A stretch of DNA of 64,000 nt, taken from contig NC_086097.1 in NCBI RefSeq assembly GCF_963921235.1, positions 214,150,001-214,214,000 on the forward strand, in the 5' to 3' direction. The position numbers and the translations under genes are program-made. Every line of letters begins with the position of its first letter. Within the stretch, counting starts at the first letter, position 1. The notes beneath the pieces are model-generated. The model had not been told where the DNA came from. It was given only the letters and a program-made list of their open reading frames with translations, and did not search any database. Source of the DNA: Mobula hypostoma. Taxonomy: Eukaryota. Positions 37,601-50,900 of the stretch are shown piece after piece.

Positions 37601-38933
37601 ATTTATTGTGGATAGAGCTAAGGAAATGCAAGGGTAAAAATACACCGATGAGAGTTATATACAGGCCTCTAAACAGTAGCCAGGAAGTGGACTACAAATT
37701 ACAATGGGAGATAGAAAACGCATGTTAATAGGGCAATGTTACAATAGTCATGGAGAATTTTAGTATGTATATAGATTTAGACAAATCAGGTTGATGCTGA
37801 TTTAGGATCCCAAGAGAGAGAATTTGCAGAATGCATATGAGATGATTTTTTTTAGAGCAGCTTGTGCCTGAGCCCATGAGGGTATCAGCTATTCTGGCTT
37901 GGGTGTTGTGTAATGAGCCAGATTTGATTGGAGAACTTAAGGTAAAGGAGGGAGAACCTAAAGTCAAATGTATCAGTATTACATTGGAGTGAAAAGAATT
38001 GCAGAGGCATGAGAGAGAGGAGCTGACAAATGTTGACTGGAGGGGGCACTAGCAGGGATGATGGCAGAGCAGCAACGGCTGGACCTTCAGGAAGGCACAG
38101 GATAGATACATCCCAAAGAATAATAAGTATTTTAAAGACAGGATGACACAACCATGGCTGACAAAGGAAGTCAAAGTCAACAGAAAAGCAAAAGAGAGGG
38201 CATATAAAAGAGCAATAATTAGTAGGAAGTTAAAGGATTGGGAAACTAACAAAAGCCAACAAAAAAAAAAGCCATAAGGAGTGAAAGAATGAGATACGAA
38301 AGTAAGCTACGCATAATATCAAATAGAATACCAGAAGTTTTTCCAGATATAAAAAGTAAAAGAAAGGAGAGAATAGGGTTTGGAATGCCGTAAAGTGACA
38401 CTGGAGATGTAGTAATGGGAACAAGGAAATGGCGGGCAAAATGAATAAGTATTTTGCATCAGTCTTCACTGTGGAAGATACAAGCAATATGCTGAAAGTC
38501 TGAGAGCGTTGGGGCAGAACTCAGTGTAGTTGCTATTACTAGAGAGAAGGTGCTTGGGAAGCAGAAAAGTCTGAAGCTAAATAAGTCACCTGGACCAGAT
38601 GGAGTACACCTCAGGGTTCTGAAAGACATAGCTGAAGAGTTTGTAGAGGCATTAGTAATAATCTTTCAAGGATCACTAAGTTCTGGCATGGTTCTGGAGG
38701 ACTGGAAAATTGCAAATTACACTTTAAGGAAATCTAAGTTGGTTAGCCTGACCTCAGAGGTTGGGAAAATATTGGAGTCAATTGTTAAGGATAAGGCTTC
38801 CGGATATTTGGAGGCACATGATAAAATAGGCCAAAGACAGTATGGTTTCCTGAAGGGAAAATCTTGCTTGAAAATCTGTAGGAATTCTTTGAGGTAATAG
38901 TAAGCAGGATAGAGAAAGGAGAATTGGTGTATG

Positions 38934-39119
38934 TCTTCTTCCACCGGCTATCAGACTGATGAACTCATGCTGATTTGAGAGTACTCTATATTACATTGAC
39001 TGTTCCATTTATTATAAATTACTATGACTGCACATTGCACATTTAGATGGAGACGCAATGTAAAGATTTTTACTCCTTCTTATTGTGAAGGATATAAGAA
39101 ATAAAGTCCATTCAATTCA
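38934..39119 (+). mobile_element. 3' end of the same LINE family as 707-1736, nested in CR1
   Basis: cttcttccacc…atcagactgatgaactca…aaagtccattcaattc matches 1552-1735. Confidence 0.85.
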
Positions 39120-39963
39120 TACTTATATTTTCAAACGGTATTTGACAAGGTACTACACATGAAGGTACTTTGCAAGATAGGAGCCCATATTACAGGAAAG
39201 ATTGCTCATGGTTAAGAGCATTGGTTGATTGACAGGAGGCAAAGAATGGGAATAAAGGAAGCTTTTCCTGATTGGCTGCCAGTGACAGATGTTCCACATG
39301 GAACTGTGCTTCTTTTTACGCTATCAGTGATGTGGCTAACAGAATTGATGGCTTTGTGGCCAAGTTTGTGGATGATTACGAAGATAGGTAGAGGGGCAGG
39401 AAGTGTTGAGGCTGCAGAAGGACTTAGACAGATTAGGAGAATGAGCAAAGAAGTGGCAGATGGAATACAGTGTCAGGAAGAGTAACGGGAAGAAAATTCA
39501 AAAATCCAAAGAGCAAAGGGACTTGGGAGCAAGATTCTCTGAAGGTTAACTTGCAGGTTGAGTCAATGGTGAGAAAGGCAAATGTAATGTGAGCATTCAT
39601 TTCAAGAAGACTACAATGTAAAACAAGGATATAATGCAGCAGCTTTTTGAAACCCTGGTGAGACCACTTGAAGTATTGTGAGCAGCTTTTAGGGTCCTTA
39701 TCTTAAAAAAAGGATGTGCTAGATTAGAGAGGGTTCAAAGGAGGTTCACAAAAATGATTCCAGGATTGAAACACTTATCATATGAAGAACATTTGATAGC
39801 TCTGGGCCTGTACTCGCTGGAATTTAGAAAAAAATAAGGGGGAGATCTCACTGAAACCTATTGAACATTGAAAGCCGTAGATTCAGTGGATGTGGAGAGG
39901 ATGCTTCTTTTCTACAGTTGGGGAGTCTAGGGCCGGAGGTCACAATCTCAGAATAGAAGGACA

Positions 39964-40480
39964 TCAGAATCAGGTTTATTATCACCGGCATGTGACATGA
40001 AATTTAACTTAGCAGCAGCAGTTCAACGTAATAAATAATCTAGAAGAGAAAAAGTAAACAACTATTACAGTATACATATATTCAATAGATTTTTTAAAAT
40101 GTGCAAAAACAGAAATACTGTATATTAAAAACTGAGGTAGTGTCCAAGGATTCAATGTCCATTTAGGAATCGGATGGCAGAGGGGAAGAAGCTGTTCCTG
40201 AATTGCTGAGTGTGTGCCTTCAGGCTTCTGTACCTCCTACCTGATGGTAACAGTGAGAAAAGGACATGCCCTGATTGCTGGAGGCCCTTAATAATGGACT
40301 CTGCATTTCTGAAATACTGCTCCCTAAAGATGTTCTGGGTACTTTGTAGGCTAGTACCCAAGATGGAGCTGACTAGATTTACAACCTTCTGCAGCTTCTT
40401 TCGGTCCTGTGCAGTAGCCCCTCCATACCAGACAGTGATGCAGTCTGTCAGAATGCTCTCCACAGTACAACTATAGAAGT
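39964..40480 (-). mobile_element. Rex1/Babar-like LINE 3' fragment nested in CR1
   Basis: ORF 40152..40490 (FYSCTVESILTDCITVWYG…LLPSGRRYRS). Confidence 0.87.
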
Positions 40481-42686
40481 TATTATCCATTTAGAATGGA
40501 GACTGGGGGAAATTTATTTAGCTAGAGGGTGGTGAATCTGTGGAATTCATTGCCATAGTTGGCTGTGGAGGCTAGGCCATTGAGTGTATTTAAGGCAGAG
40601 GTTGACATATTCTTGATAAATCCTTTGGCATGAAAGATTACAGAGAAAAGGCAGGAGAATGGGGTTGAGAGGGACATGATCAGCCCTGATCAAATGCCAC
40701 AGTAGGCACGATGGGCCAAGTGGCCTAATTCATCTCCTATGTCTTATGGTCTATGGTCTTAGAAAAGGCAAAGGTAAGCAAGAGTATGTGGTACATTTGG
40801 ACTTTCAGAAGGCCTTCAGCAAGGTGCCACACAATAGGCTATTAAAGAAAATTAGAGCACGTGGATTGAAGACAGTCTATCTTCTGTTTGTTGACCAGTC
40901 AAAATAAATAATTTCTGTGTTGGAAGGCTTTGATTTGCAGGTTGTCGCACATATTAATGCAGCTGCAGCCCCCCCCCCCCCACTCACTTACTATCTATCA
41001 AGGAACCAATTACTATATGTTAGGCCTACTGCCGATACAAAGCTGTATGGTAGTCAGATTTGTAAGGAGAAAAGAGAGGCATTTCAGAGAAAGCACTTTC
41101 AAGTGTACAGGCATGGGCATGGTGGACAGAAAACGGCATACAATAAAACATCCACTTTGGTGGGGTGGGAGGGGGCAGGAGACGGGGAAGCAGACTATTT
41201 TTTTAAATGACAATACAGCAAAAAGTGTTGCAACATGATTATCATTTCACACACAACTAGAAGCTGTAGGCCCAAAGACAGCATGTCCTGGGGTTGGAGG
41301 ACTGTGTGTATGTGTGTTGATGGATAGGTAGAGAGAGGAACTTGACTTAGTTTGTTGCTATTGTTCTGCAAAGATGGTGGCCATGCTATGTTGGCAGCGG
41401 AATGTGTTTCAACACTTGCAGGCTGCCCCAGCACATCCTTAGTTAACAGGAAAGAAAAGCAATCATTTAGGAAGGCAAACAGTATATTAGTCTCTACTGC
41501 AAGCTTTGAGTATAAATTATATAGGCTCTGATAAAACCGCATTTGGGATACTGTGTGCAGGTTTGATTCTCAATCCAGGGAAAGAAAATCTTGTGATAGG
41601 GGTGCAGCAAAGAAACATAAGATTGATTTCTGGAGTGAGGAAGGATTTTCCCCACAAAGGAGAGATTATCCACACTGGGCCTATAATCTGCCACTCATTC
41701 TGACAAACTCTATAATCTCATTGAAACATACAAATTTCTTTTGTATGCACAGGGTGAATACAATGTTAATCCTCTTTCTGGATGGATTATCTGAAATCAG
41801 GAATCAGCCTAAAAATAAAATGGTCAGCTATTTGGGACTAACACATGCAAGAAGCAATTTTTCACCTAGATAGTTCAGTTGCCGAGAACATTTGAAACTG
41901 GTGACTGACAAGATTTTTTTTTACACTTAAGGTATCAATGGACATAAAAGAAAATCACAATAGGGCTAATAGCCTCATCTTGCTTTTATTTCTTAATCTA
42001 AACTCTTCATAGTCTTTAAAATTCTATAGCAGGCAATGTCCATTCCTTCAGACGAGCATTCTCTTCCCTATCAGTAACATGAACATACAGAAGTCATGGC
42101 ATGCTGTAGATGTGCCAATTTTCTTGTGATACTTGTACCACATGCTCCATTCATAAAATTGCTGTTAATAACTCCTAAAGGCAATCATCCAAATGCCTGC
42201 TCTTCCATGCAGTTAAGACTTCAACAGACCGTAACATACATCCAACAGAGGGATACCATCATAGTAAATACTCTTTAAATCCATATCTCTGAGACTTTAT
42301 GTGCCCAATTACTTTATAACTCATAGAATTCAATAATTTCCTCATATAATGTTAAACTGACATCTGATTTCTCTTCTCAACTCTTCTTAATTAATATATT
42401 GTCATGCATCTCTAATGTTTATTTTATTTTATTTAGAGATTCAGCATATAGGCCTTTCCAGCCCAAGGAGCCGTGCCACCCAACACCCCACCAATTTAAC
42501 ACTAGCCTAATCACAGGACAATTTACAATCAGCAAATAATCTACTCACCAGTACATCTTTGGACTATGGGAGGAAACCAGAGAACCTGGAGGAAACCTAC
42601 ACGTTCATGGGGAGGATATACAAACACCATACAGAGGACACTGGATTGAACCCCAGATCACAAACCCCTACATTATTTCTCAGCTA

Positions 42687-43628
42687 TAGTCGGCCCTCCT
42701 TATTCGCGAGGGATTGGTTCTAGGATCCCTCGCGGATGCCAAAAAACACGGATGCTCAAGTCCCTTATTCAACCTATCTCAATGAGGTGGACCTTAGGAC
42801 CCAGCGGAACCCCAGACCTTATTTAACCTGTCTCAGTGTGGTGGGCATTAGGAACCGGCAGCAGAGCTCTGAATCTGCAGTGTTTCTGTTTACGAAAATA
42901 ATCACGATCGCGATTTAAAATAAAGTGGAAATAATAAAGCAATCAGAAAGAGGTGAAACGCCATCGGTCACTGGAAAAGCGTTAGGCTACAGTCCGTCAC
43001 CTACTGGAACAATTTTAAAGGATAAAATGAGAAAGGCCCTGCCCGATTAAAGCAACAATTATTACGCAGCAACGCAGTGGTTTAATTACTGGGTTTTGTG
43101 TTTTTGATCCTCCACATCAATCCAGCAGGGATGGACAGCGCGCTGGGGAGCGATCTGTCACTGGATCGAACTCGGGAATGATCTGTCACTGGATTGAACT
43201 TGGGAACTTCCGTTCCCGAGCCCGGCGCTGAAACATATGTTTCTTAAGTATTTTATATGCATAGAAAGGTAAAATATAGACTATATACTAAGACAAACGT
43301 TTGACTAACTGACGTTAAATAATACCGGATGTACCTGTTCCGACTTACTTAGTAAGAGAACTTAGGTTTTTTTCCGATCCCGATCCACGATAACCTACGT
43401 GCATCCTCCTGTATACTTTAAATCACCTCCAGATTACTTATAATACCTAATACAATGTAAATACTACATAAAATAGTAGTAATACTGCATTGTTTAGGGA
43501 ATAATGACAAGAAAAAAAAGTCTGTACATGTTCGAACAACAACTGCTGGAAGAGCACTTCCCGGTTTTCTCGATTTGCGGTTGGTTGAATTTGCGCATGC
43601 GGAACTCGCGGATAAGGAGGGCCGACTG
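42687..43628 (+). mobile_element. Non-autonomous Tigger/pogo-like DNA transposon (942 bp)
   Basis: TA TSD. TIR (C/T)AGTCGGCCCTCCTTAT(T/C)CGCG. HTH-psq-like remnant NKVEIIKQSERGETPSVTGKALGYSPSPTGTILKDK near 42920-43026. Confidence 0.88.
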
Positions 43629-43689
43629 TATTTCCTTTAATATCCTAGATCTGAATGCATTTGGTACTAAGACTTGTCAACCATACTAT

Positions 43690-45170
43690 TAGTCATAGAA
43701 ATGTATGGTACAGAAAGAGGCCCTTTAGTCCATCCAGTAGGTGCTGAACCATTTAAACTGCCCACTCCCATCAACCTGCACTGGGACCATAGAACTTCCA
43801 TACCCCTGCCATCCATGTATCTATCCAAACTTCTCTTCAATGCTGAAATCAAGCTCACATCCACCTCTTGCGCTGGCAGTTCATTCTACTCTTCACGGCC
43901 CTCTGAGTGATAAGTTTCCTCTCACGTTCCCCTTAAACTTTTCACCCTTAACCCATGTCCTCTGGTTGTAGTCCCACCCAATTTCAGTGGAAAAAACCTG
44001 TTTGCATTTACCTTATCTATACTCCTCATAATTTTGTGTACTTGCATCAAGTCTCTTCCCAATCTTCTATGTTTTAAAGAATACAGCCCTAACCTATTCA
44101 AACTTTCCTTTTAACTTAAGTCCTCCAGACATAGCAACATCCTTATAAATGTTCTTTATACTCTTTCAATCTTATTTACGTCTTTGTTGTAGGTAGGTAA
44201 CTAAAACTGCACATAATACTCCAAATTAGGCCATACCAACTCCTTACACAATTTCAACATAACATCCCATCTCCTGTACTCAATACTTTGATTTATGAAG
44301 GCTAATGTGACAAAAGTTTTCTTTACAACCTATCTAACTGTGATGCCACTCTCAATATGGACCTATATTTCCAGATCCCCTTGTTCTATCACACTGTTCA
44401 CTGCCCTACCATTCACTGTATAAGACCTATCCTGGTTGGTCCTACCAAAGTGCAACACCTCACGTTTGTCTGCATTAAATTTCATCTGCCATTTTTCAGC
44501 CGGCCTGATCCTACTGCAAGCTCTGATAGCCTTCTTCACTGTCCACTACACCCCCAATCTTGGTGTTATCCAAAAATTTGCTGATCCAGTTAACCACATT
44601 ATCATCCAGATTGTTGAAATAGATGACAAACAACAAAGGACCCAGCACCGATCCCTGCAGCACCACACTAGTCTGAGGCCTCCTGACAGAGAGACAACCA
44701 TCCAATACCACTCTCTGGGTTCTCCCACAAAGCCAATGTCTAATCCAATGAACTTGAATGCCAAGCAACTGACTCTTCTCCACCAGCCTCCATATCAGAC
44801 CTTGTCAAATGCCTTGCTAAGGTCCATGTAGACAGCATCCACTACCTTGCCTCGTCAATCTTCCTCAAAAAAGTAATTAAGATTTGTTAGACTCGACCTA
44901 CCACACAAAGCTCTGCTGACTATCCTTAATCAGTCGCTTAGAATACCTTCCAATAACTATCCCACTGCTGATGACAGGCTCACCAGCCTATAACTCCCTG
45001 GCTTTTTGCTTTTTTTAAAAAAGGCTCTAAAAATGAGTGGAAAAACATTAACCATCCTCCAATCTTCTGGTACCTCACCTGTTGCTAAGGATGATTTAAA
45101 TACCTCTATTTGGTCCCCTGCAATTTCTGCACTGGACTCCCGCAGTGTCTGAGGGAACACCTTTAATTTC
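43690..45170 (-). mobile_element. CR1 LINE fragment
   Basis: ORFs 44511 (QGSVLGPLLF) and 44957 (GEVPEDWRMVNV). Confidence 0.88.
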
Positions 45171-45669
45171 TCCATTAGTTTAAAACAAAAAACTTGTAAA
45201 AAAAAAATCCATTGTGTAACTAACTTTTAACTCCTTGTACTGCCGTTATTTGGTCCTGGGCTTCAATGTTTGCATATTATTTCATTCATTATGCACAGTT
45301 GATTTTTTAAATGCTAGATTAAATTACTCTTCACTACATACACTGTGGATTCAAGAAGAATCCATATTGCTAAGTAGATCAATAATGCTCAAAATACAAT
45401 CACATTTTTGCAAGCCATCAGAAACAATTCCATGCCAAAGTTCTACTTTGAAATCTCTCAGAAAGCAGGTGCTCAACTTAAAATCCAAACACTGGAAATT
45501 CTATGACCTAACACATTCAGTATTTTAATTAAAAATTGGATTGATTTAAGATAAAGGTAGAGCGTTTCATGGATTTGACCTCTCTACCAACCTAGAAAAC
45601 CTTTGAGGATATGACTTGACCAATACAGTGTCACACAGTGTGAAAGTTCCATGTTGCTTCACCCACTGA

Positions 45670-45985
45670 TTTATTTTATGTATTTAGCGATTCAGTGCAA
45701 AGTAGTCCCTTCCAGCCGTACAAGTCATGCCGCCCCAGCAACCCCTCAACAAACCCGATTAACCCTAACCTAATCAAGGGACAATTTACAATCACCAATT
45801 AAACTGCTAACCAATATGTCTTTGGCCTGTGGGAGGAAACCGGAGCACCCGGGAAAACTCACGCATTCTACGGGGAAAACAGACAAACTCCTTACAGAAT
45901 GGTGCCAGAATTCAACTCCATACTCCGGAACGCCTTGAGCTGTAATGGAGTCACACTAACCGCTATGCTACTGTGGTGCCCACCA
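45670..45985 (-). mobile_element. SINE-like repeat (related copy at about 42420-42660)
   Basis: Shared ctaatca…ggacaatttacaatca…tctttgg…gggaggaaacc…gaaaac blocks in both copies. Confidence 0.6.
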
Positions 45986-46169
45986 GCTTTGTGTGTGTTG
46001 CTCTGGATTTGCAGCAGCTACAATGAAGCCCTTAAATCTACATAAAATACATTGTAGACCTAACAAGGAATAACTTTCTAAAAAAAAATTTTTTGCAATC
46101 TATTACTATCCTTCAGCATCAAATAGCTTAATCAATGGTTCACAAATTTTTCCCAAGTCTCAACAGAAT

Positions 46170-46767
46170 CAGACATCCCACCTTTCCCGGAAGTTCCGGG
46201 AGCCTCCCGCATATTAATAGTGGCTCCCTGATGCCCGCAAATTATATACGATATCACGGAAATCAATTTTGATAGCGAGAGAAAGCGTAAGAGAGCGCGA
46301 GAACGACCACAAGAGAGCGAGGGCAAGCGAGAACGCGCGAGCGAGAGACCGAGAGAGCGTGCGAGCAACGAGAGAGAGCGAGCGAGAAAGCGAGAGCGTG
46401 CAAGCGACCACGAGAGAGCGCACCATGGCAGAGTGTTCCAAAAAAATATAAAACATACAGTACGTCACCCCAGACTACACTAAAGTGTACCCCTGCCTAA
46501 TAGGGGTCAAAATAATGACAGTGTTGCTCGCTGCACTGTTTGCAACAGTGACTTTTCTATTGCCCATGGTGGGTTAAGACTGTAAAAGATGTGTTGAGGT
46601 GAGTTTAACAGGTGTCATTTGTTCATTAGCATAGTTAACATTATTTAAACTAGCTAGCCAGCTGCTAAGGAGCTACTCTATTGCAGACATCCCACCTCTC
46701 CCGGAAGTCTCTCGCAAATTGATGGTGCTACCTCCCTGAAATGAGTTTTTGCAGGGTGGGATGTCTG
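46170..46767. mobile_element. Non-autonomous TIR element with 5-bp TSD (598 bp)
   Basis: TIR CAGACATCCCACC / GGTGGGATGTCTG. TSD AGAAT at 46165-46169 and 46768-46772. Internal GA/CG low-complexity tract. Confidence 0.85.
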
Positions 46768-46799
46768 AGAATAGAAGAACAAGGATGTCATGGTAAATA

Positions 46800-47320
46800 A
46801 TATAAAACAGTGTTAAGGCCACAGCTTGATAGCTAAATACTGGTTGGCATATTATAGATAAGGACATGATTACGTTTGAAAGGGTGCAAAGGAGATTCAC
46901 CACACTGTTGCCTCGAACAGCATTTCAGTTGTGAGGGAAAGACTGGACTGGCTAAACTTACTTTCCTTGGAGCAGAGCAGGCTGAGAGCAGACCTTGCAG
47001 AGTGGACAAAATTATGAGGGGCAGATATATTGTACACTGTAGAAAACCTTTCCTCATTGCAGATATAAAATCAAAGGGTTTAGGTTTAGGTGTGAGGGCA
47101 ATCGATTAGGAAAGATCAGTTGAAGAACTTTTTCCACCCAGAGAGTGTATTTGTAATCTGGAAAACTCTGCCTGAATGGAGGCAGGTAACTAAATAAACA
47201 CCTTAACCAACAACACATTGAAGAAGCCACAGATCATGTGCTCATAAATGAACTAGTTCAAATAGGTACGACGACTGGCATAGATATAGTGGGCTGAAAG
47301 GCCCATTTCTCTGACATATG
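46800..47320 (+). mobile_element. Old CR1 3' fragment
   Basis: Degenerate …LKGCKGD…DKIMRG and ttccacccagagagtg motifs. Confidence 0.6.
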
Positions 47321-47903
47321 ATATTCACACATTGAATACATCTTGTATCCTTAAAAATGCACCTTTTCCTGCAATAGACTACTTATTTCAATTTTTGCAA
47401 TGCAGCACACACTGTTTAAAAAGGACTTTCTAAATACATTTTGTGCCTGCAACAGTACTTTTAGGCTACCTTGCCCTTCTATCTCATTATAAAAAATCTT
47501 CCTGCATTCCTTTGATTTTTGACATACTTATTAATTTAATAGTTATATTCCTTAATCTTATTTTATTGGTCACAGATGTCTGCAAAATGTTTATCTATCA
47601 CATTACACATTTAAAAATGTTCTACTTGACTGCATTCTGTGCAGAATAATCCGTTAAATACAATTTGGTTAAGCATTTTCACAACACTTAAATCTGCCCT
47701 AGGACTTACAAATCTGTCAACTATTCTGAATAGACCCAAGTTAAAAATGTTCTGTGTAACAAGGCACACTAAAGTGCTGCAAAAATTGAAAGCATGTGCA
47801 ACATGTGGAAAATGCATTTCATCATTAAAATATTCATGCAATGCATGCCTTCACAAATCTGGTTCAGCTAACCACTCTCGTTACCAGCATTTTAGCAAAA
47901 TAC

Positions 47904-47948
47904 CTTTTTCCTTAGCCTTTTCCTTTGCTTTCACTTTCCCTCCTGGCT
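47904..47948 (-). CDS. ASPH: Junctin-type internal exon, (E)PGGKVKAKEKAKEK
   Basis: 45 nt, phase 1-1, gacag|…AAG|gtattt. Lys-rich and positioned like mammalian junctin EGPSGVAKRKTKAK (recalled). Joins in frame to the flanking exons. Confidence 0.82.
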
Positions 47949-50900
47949 CTGTCAGTCACAAGAAGGAAAATTAGACTAAAATCTGCAGCGAGTTCAGACA
48001 TTCAGGTTCAGTAATTACACATCTGATTAACAGAATTAATGTAAAGATCATTGGAAAGAAGTTCCCAAACTGAAACCACACATGCTCAGATTCCCTTACT
48101 GAGGTCAAAATGGGACACCGCACTTGGCTTTCGTCAATGAAATATGCACGATGCATGATAACATTGAATAGAAATAAATTCAGAAAAAAAATTCAAACTT
48201 ACTCCGCAGTGTAGCAAGGAAAGCAGCATGAACAAACAGGATGATGGCAGCAATTAAAACCTCAAATGAGACACGTAAAGCTGGTGATGAAGCTGCCTCC
48301 AAATACAGATGAACCCCACATTTCAGAAGGGTTACGTTCCCAGAAAACCATCCATATTGCGATTTTCCATAACTCAAGGCCTTAGTTCCAAATGAATCCC
48401 ATGCTGTTAGTGGGGGTGCATCCTACAGGACACTACTCTCTCACAAATAATGTTGCTGCAGCAGTGAGGCTCCTGGTTCAAGGTGGGAGGGGGGGCATAA
48501 AAGATTGCCTTTTTAATTTCCTAAGTAAACTGCTTTAAGTGACTGGCAGCTGCACTTGGAGATGCAAGCGACTACAGATTGTTATCACCTTCAAGTCTTC
48601 AGACTGAATGGAGACAGATTCAATATATATCTAATTCTCAGTGACACAAATGACCACTGTGAATTATCATGACGCAAGTTTATAACTTGCACTTAAAACT
48701 TGCAGCCCTGTTCTAGGCATCTTGAAACTCAGAAGAATGGAAAGCTCAGGGGAAATACATAAATGACCATGCCACACTAAAAGTATACCACTATCTGTGT
48801 GTGAACCAAGAAATGACAGTTGAAAACATAAAAATGAAGCAAAATTTATTGTTTCTTAATTTTTGTAATTTTTATTTTATATTCCAAATTTTTGGACAGT
48901 AATTTATGAATTCTGCAAGGGCAAACTTCCATCACCCAAAGGTCACCTGAGAAGTGAAAACTATAGTCACCACACAGTATCAATCTTCAAGGACATTGCT
49001 CCATGTGTTAGAAATTTTTAAATCAGTTCTGCAAAGTTCAATAGTCTTTCAAAAATAGAACATATTGATTATTAATGTCTATCAAGAAAAACATTAAGAC
49101 AGCTCAAATTATTTTGCACAGCATCTGTAGATGCAGGTAAATTTTTTTGACTTTATTGGTCCACAGGCAAATCAATACAATGAATCATTACTCCCTCAGT
49201 TTCCTACATCATCTATTGGACAAACCAGCTTTTGAGGCCGAACTCTATAAGCCAGTAGTACACTGCACATATACAACATCCAACAATCAAAATATTTTCA
49301 CAAAACAGCTTTACCCTAATAGCCATCTTCATGCCTATTCTCTTGGAAAAACAAAGACAATCAAATGATAATAATCATGCTCCAAAAGACCTCTTCTATT
49401 TCAACCCTTCATTTCAAAGGACTGTCTATATGTGATACCACATACTTCACAATACTTGCAACATATTGTGCTGATAAATACAACTTGAATATATCTATAT
49501 GCTGAGAAAACAAAGCCCAGTCTAGATCGCTACATTTTACATAACTATGTTATGTAAAGAAGGCTTTAAAGAAGGCACTGTTAAGGCAACTTCTGATCAA
49601 TACCACACAGAATCAGGTTTGTCATGCTTTTGGCCATCTTAGCCGTCAATACCATGACAAATCAAATGAGCTGGTTGGTACTTTACAGACATAATGGAAG
49701 AGATAAGTAGAAAGCAATTGTTTCTTTCAAAAGTTTGACATTATCCACGCTGCTAAGCAAACTTCTGTAACTAGCCTTACCAGATCTTGACACTCGTTTG
49801 CTGTTCTTATTATTAAGCACATTGAAATTAGAATACGATAGCAAATTAAGAGACAGTAATGCAGATAAACATCATGAAATAACAATTCCAATGCAGACAA
49901 AAAGCTGTAAACAATTGTTCTGAGTTTTGAGCGATGTATTTCAAAGCCAACCAAAATACTGAAGTAAAAAAATTAAATGAAATGATTAAATGCAAGAACA
50001 GGTGAAAAACAGAACCTAAATTCCAGCTAACTTGACAGCAAATCAAATACTGAATACATAAAGCTTTACCAATGAGATGAAAACTCAACCTCTGGCTATG
50101 GCAGAATAGTTAGAGCATGATATAAGGAAAAACTACAAACCTCTAACCTTTCATCTACTTAAAATAAAATCAAACTGTGCTAAACCATTCAAGATATTTA
50201 CAAATCATTATGATACAGAACAAATGCACAAATGTATGCTAGCTGGTTGCTTGCGGCAACAAACAGTTTTCTGAATAATTGCAGGATGGTTCTGTATCAG
50301 CCGATATGCACCAAAAGAACTTGGGATTGGGGTGGGCGAAGTGGGGGCTGACCTCCATTGAGATGAAGTTAAATTTCAAAAAGTAAGCCACCCAGTAAAG
50401 CTTTAAGACCCACACTATAAGTAGTTATACAAAAACACTAAATCAGGGCCACAATATCACTACCTAGTCAGTATACCCTCTCTCTTTGTACCCCAGTCTA
50501 AAACTATAGCTTCAAAGCCAACATATTTTGTTCACGATACCAAATTCATGCAAGAAATAATTCTGCACTACTTCAAAAACCCTTACCATGGTTTACAAAC
50601 AATGATAATAATTTTGTCAAACTGAACTAACAAACTTAATCAAAATCTTCATCATTTTTGTCACCAAAACCCACCTGCCATCCCAACCTTCAAAAATAGA
50701 ATTCTAAATACAGAGGTATACATTTGAAGCTTGATGACACACAACTCAGTTAGAAAACGGAAAAACATATTTATCTATAAAGAAATAGGAACATGGTAAA
50801 CTGTAAAGTTCATTCACTGTACTCTAACAATCCAAATTGCTCACCAGTATAAGACTGGATAATCAACCTAATTTTACACAACTATCAGTAGGTGGTAATG

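Larger units (their letters stand above)
36850..40760 (+). mobile_element. Long decayed CR1 LINE including an ORF1 esterase-like (SGNH) remnant, with nested insertions
   Basis: …LLISGLPP…MNVWLR…DLYKWDGLHLN near 36870-37110, then endonuclease and RT remnants (ORF 38550). 3' tail near 40750. Confidence 0.85.

Noticed and set aside
46269..46451. Arg/Glu-rich ORF
   Set aside because: Translation of a GA/CG low-complexity tract within the TIR element.
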